From Candidatus Goldiibacteriota bacterium (GTDB lineage: Bacteria > Oederibacteriota > PGYV01 > DYJU01): 64,000 nucleotides of DNA. Below the pieces are notes generated by a model. That model searched no databases, was not told the DNA's origin, and saw nothing but the letters and a program-made list of their open reading frames with translations. Position numbers and translations under genes: made by a program. The DNA is taken from assembly GCA_938034975.1 (NCBI GenBank), contig CALHNI010000007.1, positions 5,036 to 69,035 of the forward strand, written 5' to 3'. Positions 46,745-56,191 of this stretch are shown here, piece by piece; the stretch's first letter is position 1, and the number at the start of each line of letters is the position of its first letter.

Positions 46745-47822
46745 ATTTATTTTTTTTATTTTATTTTATCTTTGTTTTTTAGTTTCGGTTTTTGCCGAAG
46801 AAAAACTTATCAATGTTTTATGTTATCACAGATTTAAGCAAAGGACTGAGAAAAATAAAAAGCAGATGGATTCATATTTTGTTACACCACAGCAATTTGA
46901 AGAACAGATGCAGTATCTTAAAGAAAATGGGTATAATGTCATAAGTATGAAAAAATTTATTGATTATATGTATGGAGAAGATGATATACCGGAAAAACCG
47001 GTTTTAATAACCATAGATGATGGGTATAAAAGCATCTATGATTATGCATATCCAATTTTAAAAAAATATAAATTCCCGGCAACTGTTTTTCTTTATCAGG
47101 TTTTTTTTCCTGGTGGAAAAAGCGCATTGAATGTAAATGAAACCATGGATCTTATTAAAAATGATTTCAGTTTTGGTTGCCATTCAAATACCCACCCGGT
47201 TCTTACCAAAAAAAATAAATTAAGCGATGAAGAATATATAGAATTTTTAAAAAAAGAAATAATAGAACCTAAAAAATATCTTGAAAAAAAACTCGGTATT
47301 CCAATTGAAACTTTTGCTTATCCTTATGGCTCGTATTCAAAAGAGGTTCACTTTATAATAAAAAAAGCAGGGTATAAATTAGCTTTTTCTGTTGTGCCTT
47401 CTTATAATACAAAGGACACTGATAAATTTTCATTGAAAAGAACAATGATTTACTCATCTACAACTATTGATGAATTTAAAGAAATTTTTGAAAAAAAACA
47501 ATTAAAATTAAAAGAATTTTATCCTGAAGATGGAAGTATTATAGAAGAACAAAGACCTGTATTAAAAGCACAACTTTTGGATGATTCCTACTTAAATACA
47601 GTGACAATAAAATTTAAAATGGGTAGAGTGATTTTAAAAGATTCTATTTACAATACAGAAACAAAGATGTTATCATATTCTTATACAGAAAATAAAAGCC
47701 GGCTCTCATTTGGCACACATAATGCAAAAGTTATAGCGACCGGGAAAGATGGTAAATTTTATGAATATGCGTGGTCTTTTATTGTGGGACGACCTCTAAA
47801 AATAAATTTATCAGAAGAATAA
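46728..47822 (+). CDS. Secreted polysaccharide deacetylase (NodB/CE4) with C-terminal Ig-like domain
   Basis: Signal peptide. LITIDDGYKSIYDYAYPILKKYKFPATVFL and the CHSNTHP His motif. GTG start. Confidence 0.8.
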   Translation: MKSKIKFIFFILFYLCFLVSVFAEEKLINVLCYHRFKQRTEKNKKQMDSYFVTPQQFEEQMQYLKENGYNVISMKKFIDYMYGEDDIPEKPVLITIDDGYKSIYDYAYPILKKYKFPATVFLYQVFFPGGKSALNVNETMDLIKNDFSFGCHSNTHPVLTKKNKLSDEEYIEFLKKEIIEPKKYLEKKLGIPIETFAYPYGSYSKEVHFIIKKAGYKLAFSVVPSYNTKDTDKFSLKRTMIYSSTTIDEFKEIFEKKQLKLKEFYPEDGSIIEEQRPVLKAQLLDDSYLNTVTIKFKMGRVILKDSIYNTETKMLSYSYTENKSRLSFGTHNAKVIATGKDGKFYEYAWSFIVGRPLKINLSEE

Positions 47823-47834
47823 AAAGGAGATGAT

Positions 47835-48596
47835 ATGGATTGCATAAGAAAATCAAACGATATAAGGGAAAAATTAATACTCGCACTTGATGTTGACGAT
47901 ATTGCAATGGCATATAGCATCATAGAAAAATTGGCGCCGCATATTAAGTTTTACAAAGTCGGTTTGCAGATGATTACCAAGGATGGACCAAGGATGGTTA
48001 TGACACTTAAAAGAAAAGGATTAAAAATTTTTTATGATGCAAAATTTTTTGATATACCACAAACAGTTTTTAATGCATGTTATGAAGCAACAAGATTAGG
48101 TGTTAATATGATAAATGTTCATTCCTTAGGTGGCGCAAAGATGATTGGTTATGCGAAAGATGCCATAGAAAAGGCATCTGATAAATTGCAGATAGAAAAA
48201 CCACTTTTGCTTGCTGTTACTATTCTGACCAGCATGGATAACCGGGATTTAAAAGAAAATTTAAAATGTAATTATGATATAAAAAAAATGGTTTTATTTC
48301 TTGCTAAAAATGCAATTAAAGCAGGTGCTGATGGAATAATTTGTTCACCCAATGAATTAAAATTATTAAGAAAAGAATTAGGTGATGAAATTACAATAGT
48401 AACACCCGGGATAAGAACAGGAAAGATAAAAAAAGATGATCAGAAAAGAGTGTTAACTCCAAAAGAAGCGATAAAAGACGGAGCTGATTATATTATCGTT
48501 GGCAGGCCTGTTTTGCAGGCGGAAAACAAACTTGATGTCATAGAAAATATTTTTAATGAAATAAAGGCAGGGTTACAATGCAGGAAAAAGAAGTAA
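47835..48596 (+). CDS. pyrF: Orotidine-5'-phosphate decarboxylase
   Basis: LALDV, FYKVG, DAKFFDIPQTV and IVGRPV motifs. Confidence 0.9.
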   Translation: MDCIRKSNDIREKLILALDVDDIAMAYSIIEKLAPHIKFYKVGLQMITKDGPRMVMTLKRKGLKIFYDAKFFDIPQTVFNACYEATRLGVNMINVHSLGGAKMIGYAKDAIEKASDKLQIEKPLLLAVTILTSMDNRDLKENLKCNYDIKKMVLFLAKNAIKAGADGIICSPNELKLLRKELGDEITIVTPGIRTGKIKKDDQKRVLTPKEAIKDGADYIIVGRPVLQAENKLDVIENIFNEIKAGLQCRKKK

Positions 48597-49159
48597 TAGA
48601 AATTTTTGAAAAAGCAGGCGCTCTTTTGACAGGGCATTTTCTTTTGACATCAGGAAAACATAGCGAAAAATACCTGGAAAAATTTGCTGTTTTGCAAAGA
48701 CCTGGATATACTGAAAAATTATGTGGAGAAATTGCAAAGGTATTTAGAAATGATAAAATTGATGTTGTTATTGGAGCAGCAGTTGGTGGTATTATTCTTG
48801 CCTATGAGACAGCAAGGCAATTAAAATGTCGTGGGATTTTTATGGAAAGAGAAGAAGGAAAATTAAAATTAAGGCGGGGATTTTCAGTTAATGAAAATGA
48901 AAAGGTTTTAATAGTTGAAGATATTGTAACAACAGGCGGTTCTGTCCAGGAAATAATAAACGAATTAAAGACAAATTATAAATGTGAAATTGCAGGTATT
49001 GGTTTTTTGATAAATAGAAGCGGTAAAGAAGTTGATTTTAAAGCAGGAAAAACATTTTATCTTGCAAAAATGGAAATTGAAACTTATGAACCATCAGATT
49101 GCCCTTTGTGTAAAAGAGATATTCCACTTATAAAACGTGGAAGTAAAAATTTAAAATAA
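48578..49159 (+). CDS. pyrE: Orotate phosphoribosyltransferase
   Basis: PRPP-binding motif VLIVEDIVTTGGS. Overlaps pyrF. Confidence 0.9.
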   Translation: MQEKEVIEIFEKAGALLTGHFLLTSGKHSEKYLEKFAVLQRPGYTEKLCGEIAKVFRNDKIDVVIGAAVGGIILAYETARQLKCRGIFMEREEGKLKLRRGFSVNENEKVLIVEDIVTTGGSVQEIINELKTNYKCEIAGIGFLINRSGKEVDFKAGKTFYLAKMEIETYEPSDCPLCKRDIPLIKRGSKNLK

Positions 49160-49183
49160 AAAAATCATGAGGGATTAAATAAA

Positions 49184-51370
49184 TTGAAAAATATAGATAT
49201 TCTTTTAAACAAAGAACAAAAAGAAGCAGTTATGCATAAAGATGGTCCTTTGCTTATTTTAGCAGGTGCAGGAAGTGGAAAAACAAGAGTTATAACATAC
49301 AGGGTTGCTTATCTTATTTCAGAATACAAAATTCCACCGGAAAATATATTGGCAGTCACATTTACTAATAAAGCAGCAGATGAAATGAAATCAAGAATTA
49401 AAAATGTGGTAGGAAAAGCAGCAGATAAAATATGGATAAGTACTTTTCATTCTATGGGATGCAGAATATTAAGAGAGCATGCAGAAAAAATAGGGTATAC
49501 TAAAAATTTTACCATATATGATGAAGATGACAGGGAACGTCTCGTTAAAAATTGTATGTCCATTTGTAAAGTTTCTGAAAAACAGATAAAACCATATATA
49601 ATAATAGATAAAATTCAGGATAATAAAAATGAATTGATATCTGCAGATGAATATAAAAAAAATTATGCTGTTGGTTGGGAATCTAAAATTTTTGCTGATA
49701 TTTTTTTGCTTTATGAAGAAAAACTAAAAAGAAACAATGCAGTTGATTTTGATGACCTTATTATAAAGCCGATTGAGATTTTTGAAAAATTTCCGGAAGT
49801 TCTTTCGTTTTACAGAGAAAAATTCAGATATATTTTAATTGATGAATATCAGGATATTAATAATTCCCAGTATGTTCTTATTTCTATGATTGCGCAAAAG
49901 TATAAAAATATCTGTGTGGTTGGTGATGATGACCAGAGCATTTATAAATTTAGGGGAGCAGATATCACAAACATCCTTAGTTTTGAGGATGATTATCCAA
50001 ATGCCAAGGTGATTCGTCTTGAACAAAATTACAGGTCAACCAAAATAATTTTAAAAGCAGCTCATAGTGTCATAAAAAATAATATGAGTAGAAAAGAAAA
50101 AGAATTGTGGACTGAAAATAAAACAGGCGATAAAATAAAATTTTATAATGCAAATGATGAAAATGACGAAGCGGATTATGTTGTAGAAAATATATTCAAT
50201 TTAATAAGAAGTGAAGATATAAAATTAAAAGATATAGCAGTTTTTTACAGAATGAATGCCCAGTCAAGGGTTATAGAAGATAAATTAAGAAGAGCCGGTA
50301 TTCCATATAGGTTGGTTGGTGGTATACAATTTTATGGAAGGATGGAAATAAAAGATTTACTTGCTTATTTACGTATAATTTCCAACCCTTATGATACTTT
50401 AAGTTTTAAAAGAATAATAAATATTCCGCCAAGAGGTATAGGCGATGCAACAATTGATAGGTTAGAAAAATTCGGATTTGAAAATAATTTAATGATGTAT
50501 GATGTTTTATTTAAAATAGATGAGATCAGGGAAATCAAAGATAACCAGAGAAAATCACTTGAAAATTTAAGAGAATTTATAAAAGAATTGAATGAAATAA
50601 AAAATAAAATAAAAATGCAGGATTTGATTAAAGAGATTATTAATAGGACAGGTTATCTGAATTACTGGGAAAGTGACACAGATCCAAATTCAAAGGAAAG
50701 AGTTGAAAATATAAAAGAGTTAGTATCAGCAATTGCAGATTATGAGATGAATAATCCAGATAAAAAAATAGAAGATTTTTTAAATCAGGCGAGTTTAATT
50801 TCAGAAATTGACAGGTGGGATAAAGAAGCAAATGCAGTTACATTAATGACAATACATAGTGCCAAAGGATTAGAATTTGATGTTGTTTTTATTATTGGTA
50901 TGGATGAAAATATTTTCCCACATAAAAATTGTTTAGAAGAAGAAAATGGAATTGAAGAAGAAAGAAGATTGTGTTATGTTGGAATTACAAGGGCAAAAAG
51001 AAAACTCTTCCTTTTAAGCGCTGTAACAAGAAGACAGTATGGGACAAAAAAATTTACAAATGTGTCAAGATTCATAAAAGAAATTCCACAGGAAATTTTA
51101 GTAATGGAAGGGAAAACCCCACCGTCTTTAATAAGAAATAAAGAAGTGGAAACTATATATGAAAAAACAGATGATGCCGAAAATACAAATTATAATGATT
51201 TTGAATGTGAATATAAACCAGGACAGATAGTAAAACATATTAAAATGGGAATAGGAAAAATTGAAAAAGTAGAGCCATATGGAGATGATATAAGATTAAC
51301 AGTGATTTTCAGAAATAAAGGTAAAAGAACACTTTCAGCAAAATATGCAAAATTTGAAACTGTGGATTAG
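49184..51370 (+). CDS. pcrA: ATP-dependent DNA helicase PcrA/UvrD
   Basis: AGAGSGKTRV Walker A, DEYQD, NYRST, TIHSAKGLEF and YVGITRAK motifs. TTG start. Confidence 0.95.
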   Translation: MKNIDILLNKEQKEAVMHKDGPLLILAGAGSGKTRVITYRVAYLISEYKIPPENILAVTFTNKAADEMKSRIKNVVGKAADKIWISTFHSMGCRILREHAEKIGYTKNFTIYDEDDRERLVKNCMSICKVSEKQIKPYIIIDKIQDNKNELISADEYKKNYAVGWESKIFADIFLLYEEKLKRNNAVDFDDLIIKPIEIFEKFPEVLSFYREKFRYILIDEYQDINNSQYVLISMIAQKYKNICVVGDDDQSIYKFRGADITNILSFEDDYPNAKVIRLEQNYRSTKIILKAAHSVIKNNMSRKEKELWTENKTGDKIKFYNANDENDEADYVVENIFNLIRSEDIKLKDIAVFYRMNAQSRVIEDKLRRAGIPYRLVGGIQFYGRMEIKDLLAYLRIISNPYDTLSFKRIINIPPRGIGDATIDRLEKFGFENNLMMYDVLFKIDEIREIKDNQRKSLENLREFIKELNEIKNKIKMQDLIKEIINRTGYLNYWESDTDPNSKERVENIKELVSAIADYEMNNPDKKIEDFLNQASLISEIDRWDKEANAVTLMTIHSAKGLEFDVVFIIGMDENIFPHKNCLEEENGIEEERRLCYVGITRAKRKLFLLSAVTRRQYGTKKFTNVSRFIKEIPQEILVMEGKTPPSLIRNKEVETIYEKTDDAENTNYNDFECEYKPGQIVKHIKMGIGKIEKVEPYGDDIRLTVIFRNKGKRTLSAKYAKFETVD

Positions 51371-51378
51371 AAAGTATT

Positions 51379-51535
51379 ATATCTTTATTTTTTAAATAAT
51401 ATTATTTTTGTGTTTTTTTCTCCTGAAAATCGCAATCTTTTAATGCGACTTTCATGTTGCATTAAATATTTTATTTCTTTAGTGATATTCTTTTTATTTT
51501 TTTCTGGAAATCACAATTTCCTATTTATTTTCAGG
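51379..51535 (-). repeat. Partial two-hairpin repeat (F): internal block plus two hairpin-1 modules, no hairpin-2
   Basis: TTTTTCTCCTGAAAATCGCAATC..GCGACTTTCATG at 51422-51456 and CTGGAAATCACAAT..TTATTTTCAGG at 51504-51535. Confidence 0.7.
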
Positions 51536-51559
51536 TAAAAAATGAAAAAAAACTAAAAA

Positions 51560-51588
51560 TTGACATAACAAAATCATTATGATAAATT
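51560..51588 (+). promoter_or_regulatory. Sigma70-like promoter of the 51621-55914 operon
   Basis: TTGACA - 17 nt - TAAATT with extended -10 TG. Confidence 0.45.
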
Positions 51589-51620
51589 AAATTTATAAAA
51601 AAGCAAAGGGGTGAATTTAA

Positions 51621-52514
51621 ATGGCATTTGATGATGATTTTAAAATAAGCATGGATGATATAAAGGATATAGTATCTGAGTTATTTGGGGAAAAAATAGA
51701 AAAAATAGATGAAAGTAAAGCAAAGGAAATTTTAAAACAGGAAGAAAAAATATATTTAGATAAGGATCTTGAATCGCTCCAAATAGGTAAATTGACAGAA
51801 GAAGAAGAAAAAATTTTACAATCCTATGAAAACGAGGTAAAAGAGGATAAAAAAGAAGAAGTAAAGCAGGTGAATATTGAAGAGTTACGTCAGCAGATAG
51901 AATCAGAAGTTAGAGAAAAATTGCGTAAAGAAATGGAAGAAGAAAGAGCAAGAAAAAGAGAAGAAGTTTTAAAAAAATTAGAAGGTGTAAAAGAACCGGA
52001 AGCGGAATTAAAAAAGACAACTTTTGAACAAACTATTACAAATTATTCTGAAAAAATATCACTTTTACAGATTTTTGAGCAGTCACAGAATATATTTAAA
52101 AATTTGTTAAGTAAATTAATAAAAAGGACACCTGTGGAAACGATGTTTTTAAAAACTCTGGAAAAAGTAATGCTAAAATACCCAGATGTTTTAAGAAAAG
52201 CAGATCACAATCAGTATAATAAAATAAGGGTAGATGGTTCCATAGAAATAGGAAGGGTTGCTGCTAATATAAATGCTATAAATATGCCTGAAAAACAAAA
52301 AGAAGAAAAATTTTTTAAAGCGCTTCATGATGTTTTTGAAGAACGACTTATTGCAACTGAACTAGCAGTTGGTATAGCAACAAAAGATGAGATAATATCA
52401 AAATTACTTTTGCAGATGGACCAGGTTTTTGAAATGAAAAAATTTCCACAAAGATTAAAAGATATTTTTATAGAAAAAATTGTGCCAAGCACAACTGTAA
52501 AACAGGGAGAATAA
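51621..52514 (+). CDS. Coiled-coil protein, paralog A (E/K-rich helix + conserved roughly 170-aa C-terminal domain)
   Basis: The C-terminal domain aligns with that of the next ORF (LLQIFEQSQNIF / FLQIFNESQEII; final IVPSTTVKQGE / IVPDTTLKPGE). GGGG RBS. Confidence 0.7.
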   Translation: MAFDDDFKISMDDIKDIVSELFGEKIEKIDESKAKEILKQEEKIYLDKDLESLQIGKLTEEEEKILQSYENEVKEDKKEEVKQVNIEELRQQIESEVREKLRKEMEEERARKREEVLKKLEGVKEPEAELKKTTFEQTITNYSEKISLLQIFEQSQNIFKNLLSKLIKRTPVETMFLKTLEKVMLKYPDVLRKADHNQYNKIRVDGSIEIGRVAANINAINMPEKQKEEKFFKALHDVFEERLIATELAVGIATKDEIISKLLLQMDQVFEMKKFPQRLKDIFIEKIVPSTTVKQGE

Positions 52515-52519
52515 AAATA

Positions 52520-53698
52520 ATGGAAGAAAATAAGAATAAATTAACAGAAGAAGAAGAACAACTTCTACGCGAATTTGAAGAGCAAAGAAGAAAAGCAAAA
52601 GAAAAAATGGAAAAGGAAATTAAAGAAGAGTTAAAAAGTGAACTTGCAAATGAAGTAAAAGCGTCAATGGAAAGACAAACATCAGGTATAATAGATAAAG
52701 AAGTGCAGGAAAAGTTAGATGCAGAAACAAAATTACAGATGGAAAAAGAGTTAAGACAGAAAATAGAAGCAGAGATAAAGGAAAAAATAACAGCAGAATT
52801 AAGGGAAAAAATAGAAAAAGAAGCTTTAAAAAAGGTTGAACAGACAAAAAAGGAACTTGAGGAAAAAATAAAAAAGGAAATAATTGAAAAGGAGAAACAA
52901 AAAAGAGAAGAAATATTAAAAAAAATATTAGCATTTAAACAGTTAGAGGAAGAAGAAGAAATAAGGAATAAAATAAGAGAAGAATTAAAAAAAGAATTAG
53001 TAGTTGAGGAAGAAAAAAAGAAACAGGAATTTATGCAAAAAATAAGGGAATTAAAAGATTACGAAGAAGAAATAAGAAAAAAGCATGAAGAAGAATTAAA
53101 AGAAAAAATAAAAAAAGAAATAGAAGAAGAAAGGACAAGAAAAAAACAGGAATTACTGGAAAAATTAGAAAAAGTAAAACAGGAAAGTTTACAATTTCAG
53201 CAGGAATTAAAAAATAAAATTTTCAACACTGATGAATTAAAAAAGTTTTTACAAATATTTAATGAATCACAGGAGATAATAATGGTGTTGCTCGCCGGAA
53301 GATTGGATGAAAAAGAAGCCCAGAACATTTTTTTAAAAATAGCATTTTCAGTTTCCAAAAAACATTTTGATATTCTCGGAAAAGTTTTTGTGGATAATAA
53401 TAATAAAATTTTACCTGCTGGAAAGGTTAATGTGGAAAGAATCATATTTAATTATAATGCATTACAAGGGGCAGCAGAGGTTAAAAATAAAAAGTTAATT
53501 TCAGCATTGCGTGATATAATAGATGAACTTTTTATAGGAATAGAACTTAAAACTTCATTGGAAATTAAAAATTCAATAATATCAGATATGTTTCAGCGTC
53601 TTGAAAAACTTGTAAAAACAGGTAAATACACAAAAGAACTTTTTGATTTTTTTGTAAGACAAATTGTTCCTGATACAACTTTAAAACCAGGTGAATAA
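52520..53698 (+). CDS. Coiled-coil protein, paralog B (roughly 210-aa E/K/R-rich helix + same C-terminal domain)
   Basis: See paralog A. Starts 5 nt after the paralog A stop. Confidence 0.7.
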   Translation: MEENKNKLTEEEEQLLREFEEQRRKAKEKMEKEIKEELKSELANEVKASMERQTSGIIDKEVQEKLDAETKLQMEKELRQKIEAEIKEKITAELREKIEKEALKKVEQTKKELEEKIKKEIIEKEKQKREEILKKILAFKQLEEEEEIRNKIREELKKELVVEEEKKKQEFMQKIRELKDYEEEIRKKHEEELKEKIKKEIEEERTRKKQELLEKLEKVKQESLQFQQELKNKIFNTDELKKFLQIFNESQEIIMVLLAGRLDEKEAQNIFLKIAFSVSKKHFDILGKVFVDNNNKILPAGKVNVERIIFNYNALQGAAEVKNKKLISALRDIIDELFIGIELKTSLEIKNSIISDMFQRLEKLVKTGKYTKELFDFFVRQIVPDTTLKPGE

Positions 53699-54896
53699 CG
53701 TGAAAAATAAATTTTTTATATTAACAAGAGAAAAGTTGGAAGAAGTGGAAGAACAAATTCTTGCATCTTATGCGATGAAAAGTAAATATACAAAAGGAAG
53801 GCGTTACAAAGAAAAAGAGCATAAATACAGGTCGGTTTACCAGCGTGATCGTGATAGAATAATTCATTCAACTGCTTTCAGGAAATTAGAATACAAAACC
53901 CAGGTTTTTGTAAATCACGAAGGAGATTATTACAGAACCCGTTTAACCCATACTCAAGAAGTTGCCCAGATTGCAAGGAGTATAGCCAAAATTTTAAGGT
54001 TAAACGAAGAATTAACAGAATCAATTGCTCTTGCTCATGATATAGGACATACTCCGTTTGGCCATTCAGGCGAAACTATTTTAAACAAACTTGTTGGTAA
54101 AAAAGAAGGTGGTTTTGAACACAACATACAGGGGTTAAGGGTTTTGGAAGAATTAGAAGAAAAATACCCTGATTTCCCCGGACTTAATTTATCCTGGGAA
54201 GTAAGGGAAGGTATGGTAAAACATAAAACTTCTTATGACTCTCCAGTTTATAAAAATTATAAAGAATATGAACTTGAAAAAAAAGCAACCTTGGAAGCAC
54301 AGGTTGTTAACATTGCAGATGAAATTGCTTATAATTCACATGATGTTGATGATGGTATTACATCCGGACTTTTAAAAATAGAAGATTTAAAAAAAACGAT
54401 GATATGGCAGGAGATAGAAAAAAATTTTAAAAAAGACGATTTTGAAAATTTATCTCCTGTTATGAAAAAATATACTATAACCCGTTCTATTATAAATTTA
54501 CAGATAAATGATTTAATAAATAATACTATAAGGACAATTATTGATAAAAAAATTGATTCAGTTGAAAAAGTAAGAAATAGCAAAAAAAATATAGTTGATT
54601 TCAGTCCTGAGATGAAAAATATGCATAAAGATTTAAAAAATTTCCTTTATGTGAACATGTATAAACATTATAAAGTTATAAGAATGGAAGAAAAATCCCA
54701 GCGAATAATTACAGACCTTTTTAACATATATATAAAAAGGGGGTCTGGAGTAGAATCTATTTTGCCACCGAATATAAGAAAAAGATTAAAAAAGGATTCA
54801 ATTAAAAGGGTAATTGCCGACTATATAGCCGGAATGACCGATAGAGAAATTTTAGATGAGTATAAAAAATTTTTTGACCCATATGAAAAAGTATGA
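53691..54896 (+). CDS. dgt: dGTPase-like HD-domain triphosphohydrolase
   Basis: YQRDRDRIIHSTAFRKLEYKTQVF, RLTHTQEVAQIARS and AHDIGHTPFGHSGE motifs. GTG start at 53691 or 53700. Confidence 0.85.
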   Translation: MNNVKNKFFILTREKLEEVEEQILASYAMKSKYTKGRRYKEKEHKYRSVYQRDRDRIIHSTAFRKLEYKTQVFVNHEGDYYRTRLTHTQEVAQIARSIAKILRLNEELTESIALAHDIGHTPFGHSGETILNKLVGKKEGGFEHNIQGLRVLEELEEKYPDFPGLNLSWEVREGMVKHKTSYDSPVYKNYKEYELEKKATLEAQVVNIADEIAYNSHDVDDGITSGLLKIEDLKKTMIWQEIEKNFKKDDFENLSPVMKKYTITRSIINLQINDLINNTIRTIIDKKIDSVEKVRNSKKNIVDFSPEMKNMHKDLKNFLYVNMYKHYKVIRMEEKSQRIITDLFNIYIKRGSGVESILPPNIRKRLKKDSIKRVIADYIAGMTDREILDEYKKFFDPYEKV

Positions 54897-55914
54897 ATTA
54901 AAAGAAGAATACACTCCACGCGGTATTGTATTTATCCCCACATTCAATTGCACGGCATTTTGCAAACATTGTAATAATAATTTTGATAAGCACGATTTAA
55001 GTAAAAAGATGGATATAAATACAGCCATAAAAATTTTATATGAAGGTAAAAAATCAGGTTTAAATTCAATCCAGATAACAGGTGGAGAAATAACACAATA
55101 TCCAGAGTTTATTCTTTCTTTAATACCACATGCAAAAAAATTGGCAATCAGAGTATGCAGACCACCAACAAATGCATATATAGCAAATGACAGAAAAAAA
55201 GCATCTGAATTTTTTTTTAATTTAAAAAAAATTGATTATACTTCTGGTTTCAGGTTAAGCATTGATCCTTATCATCAGGAAAAAATTCCAATAAACTGGG
55301 TCTCAAATTTTATTGCAGAATACAGTAAATATTTTAAATTATCATCACTTACAATAGGGTCGTGTTATTATGATACAGATAAAATTTATGGATTATATAA
55401 CGAATTGATAAATTTATTAAAAAAAGAAGGTTTTAAAGATGTTAAAATAGAAAAACAAGATAAAAAAATAATAATAAACGGACAAAAGATAAAATATGGT
55501 ATCTGGAAACCAACCAGACCTTCATGGAAAGAACTTGAGGATTACGAGGTAGAGTTAAAGATGATTAAAAACACTATGCATTGTTTAGGACCAAAAGGAG
55601 TTGGTTATTTATGGATAGAGCCGGATTTAAAGGTGAGAGTATGTTCGTGCAATGGAAATACTTTTTTGAATTATTATATTATAGGCGACTTAAAAAAAGA
55701 TAAATTACAGGAAATAATTGAACGTGCCAGGGGAAATAAAATTTTTAAGATACTTGCAAATTATGGTCCTGCCGGGTTGAGGGAATTTTTAAATAAGAAT
55801 GAGATAATTTTAGATACTGAAAAGAAATATACATTTATGTGTGAATTATGTAATGAAATTGTCGGTAATGAAGAATATTTAAAAAAAATAATTGAAAATT
55901 TAAACAACATTTGA
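54883..55914 (+). CDS. Radical SAM protein with SPASM/twitch-like C-terminal Cys cluster
   Basis: CTAFCKHC (CxxxCxxC) and ITGGE. The C-terminal region has CLGPKGVGYLWIEPDLKVRVCSC...IGDL..DKLQEII...CELC. Overlaps the dgt stop; an alternative ATG is at 54856. Confidence 0.75.
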   Translation: MKKYELKEEYTPRGIVFIPTFNCTAFCKHCNNNFDKHDLSKKMDINTAIKILYEGKKSGLNSIQITGGEITQYPEFILSLIPHAKKLAIRVCRPPTNAYIANDRKKASEFFFNLKKIDYTSGFRLSIDPYHQEKIPINWVSNFIAEYSKYFKLSSLTIGSCYYDTDKIYGLYNELINLLKKEGFKDVKIEKQDKKIIINGQKIKYGIWKPTRPSWKELEDYEVELKMIKNTMHCLGPKGVGYLWIEPDLKVRVCSCNGNTFLNYYIIGDLKKDKLQEIIERARGNKIFKILANYGPAGLREFLNKNEIILDTEKKYTFMCELCNEIVGNEEYLKKIIENLNNI

Positions 55915-55958
55915 TTTTTTATAAGGTTGCAGCAGAGGAATTAAATACACATAAACAA

Positions 55959-56123
55959 CCGTAAAAATGCGTTTTCTAACGCGTTTTTACTTAAAAACTA
56001 TAATACATTGCTTTTAATTGCCTATCTTTAAATTTAAAATAAAAAAAGTTTTGTCTTAAAAATTTTATTTGTTTAACAATATTTTTTCTGAAAATTGCAA
56101 TTTCCTATTGGTAATTTCATTGG
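55959..56123 (-). repeat. Two-hairpin intergenic repeat, shorter copy (D)
   Basis: Hairpin-2 is CCGTAAAAATGCGTTTTCTAACGCGTTTTTAC at 55959-55990. Hairpin-1 is CTGAAAATTGCAAT..GGTAATTTCATTGG at 56088-56123. Confidence 0.8.
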
Positions 56124-56135
56124 GATTTTCTTTTA

Positions 56136-56164
56136 TTGACACCTTTTTAATTTGTTATTATAAT
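56136..56164 (+). promoter_or_regulatory. Consensus sigma70 promoter of fadD-nadE
   Basis: Perfect TTGACA - 17 nt - TATAAT, 12 nt downstream of the hairpin-1 end of copy D. Confidence 0.65.
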
Positions 56165-56191
56165 TTATAAAAATTGCAAAAAGGTAAAATT

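Noticed and set aside
52520-53200. Tandem DNA repeat array in the E/K-rich region of paralog B
   Set aside because: The purine-rich periodicity reflects codon-level low complexity (GAA/AAA/AAG) of a charged helix. It is not a defined nucleotide repeat unit, and the frame stays open and coding.
53691-54896. Calling the dGTPase-like gene an antiphage defence gene outright
   Set aside because: The motifs match the broadly conserved housekeeping Dgt-like family as well. No other defence, mobile or phage genes are nearby. It is kept only as one hypothesis in the operon finding.
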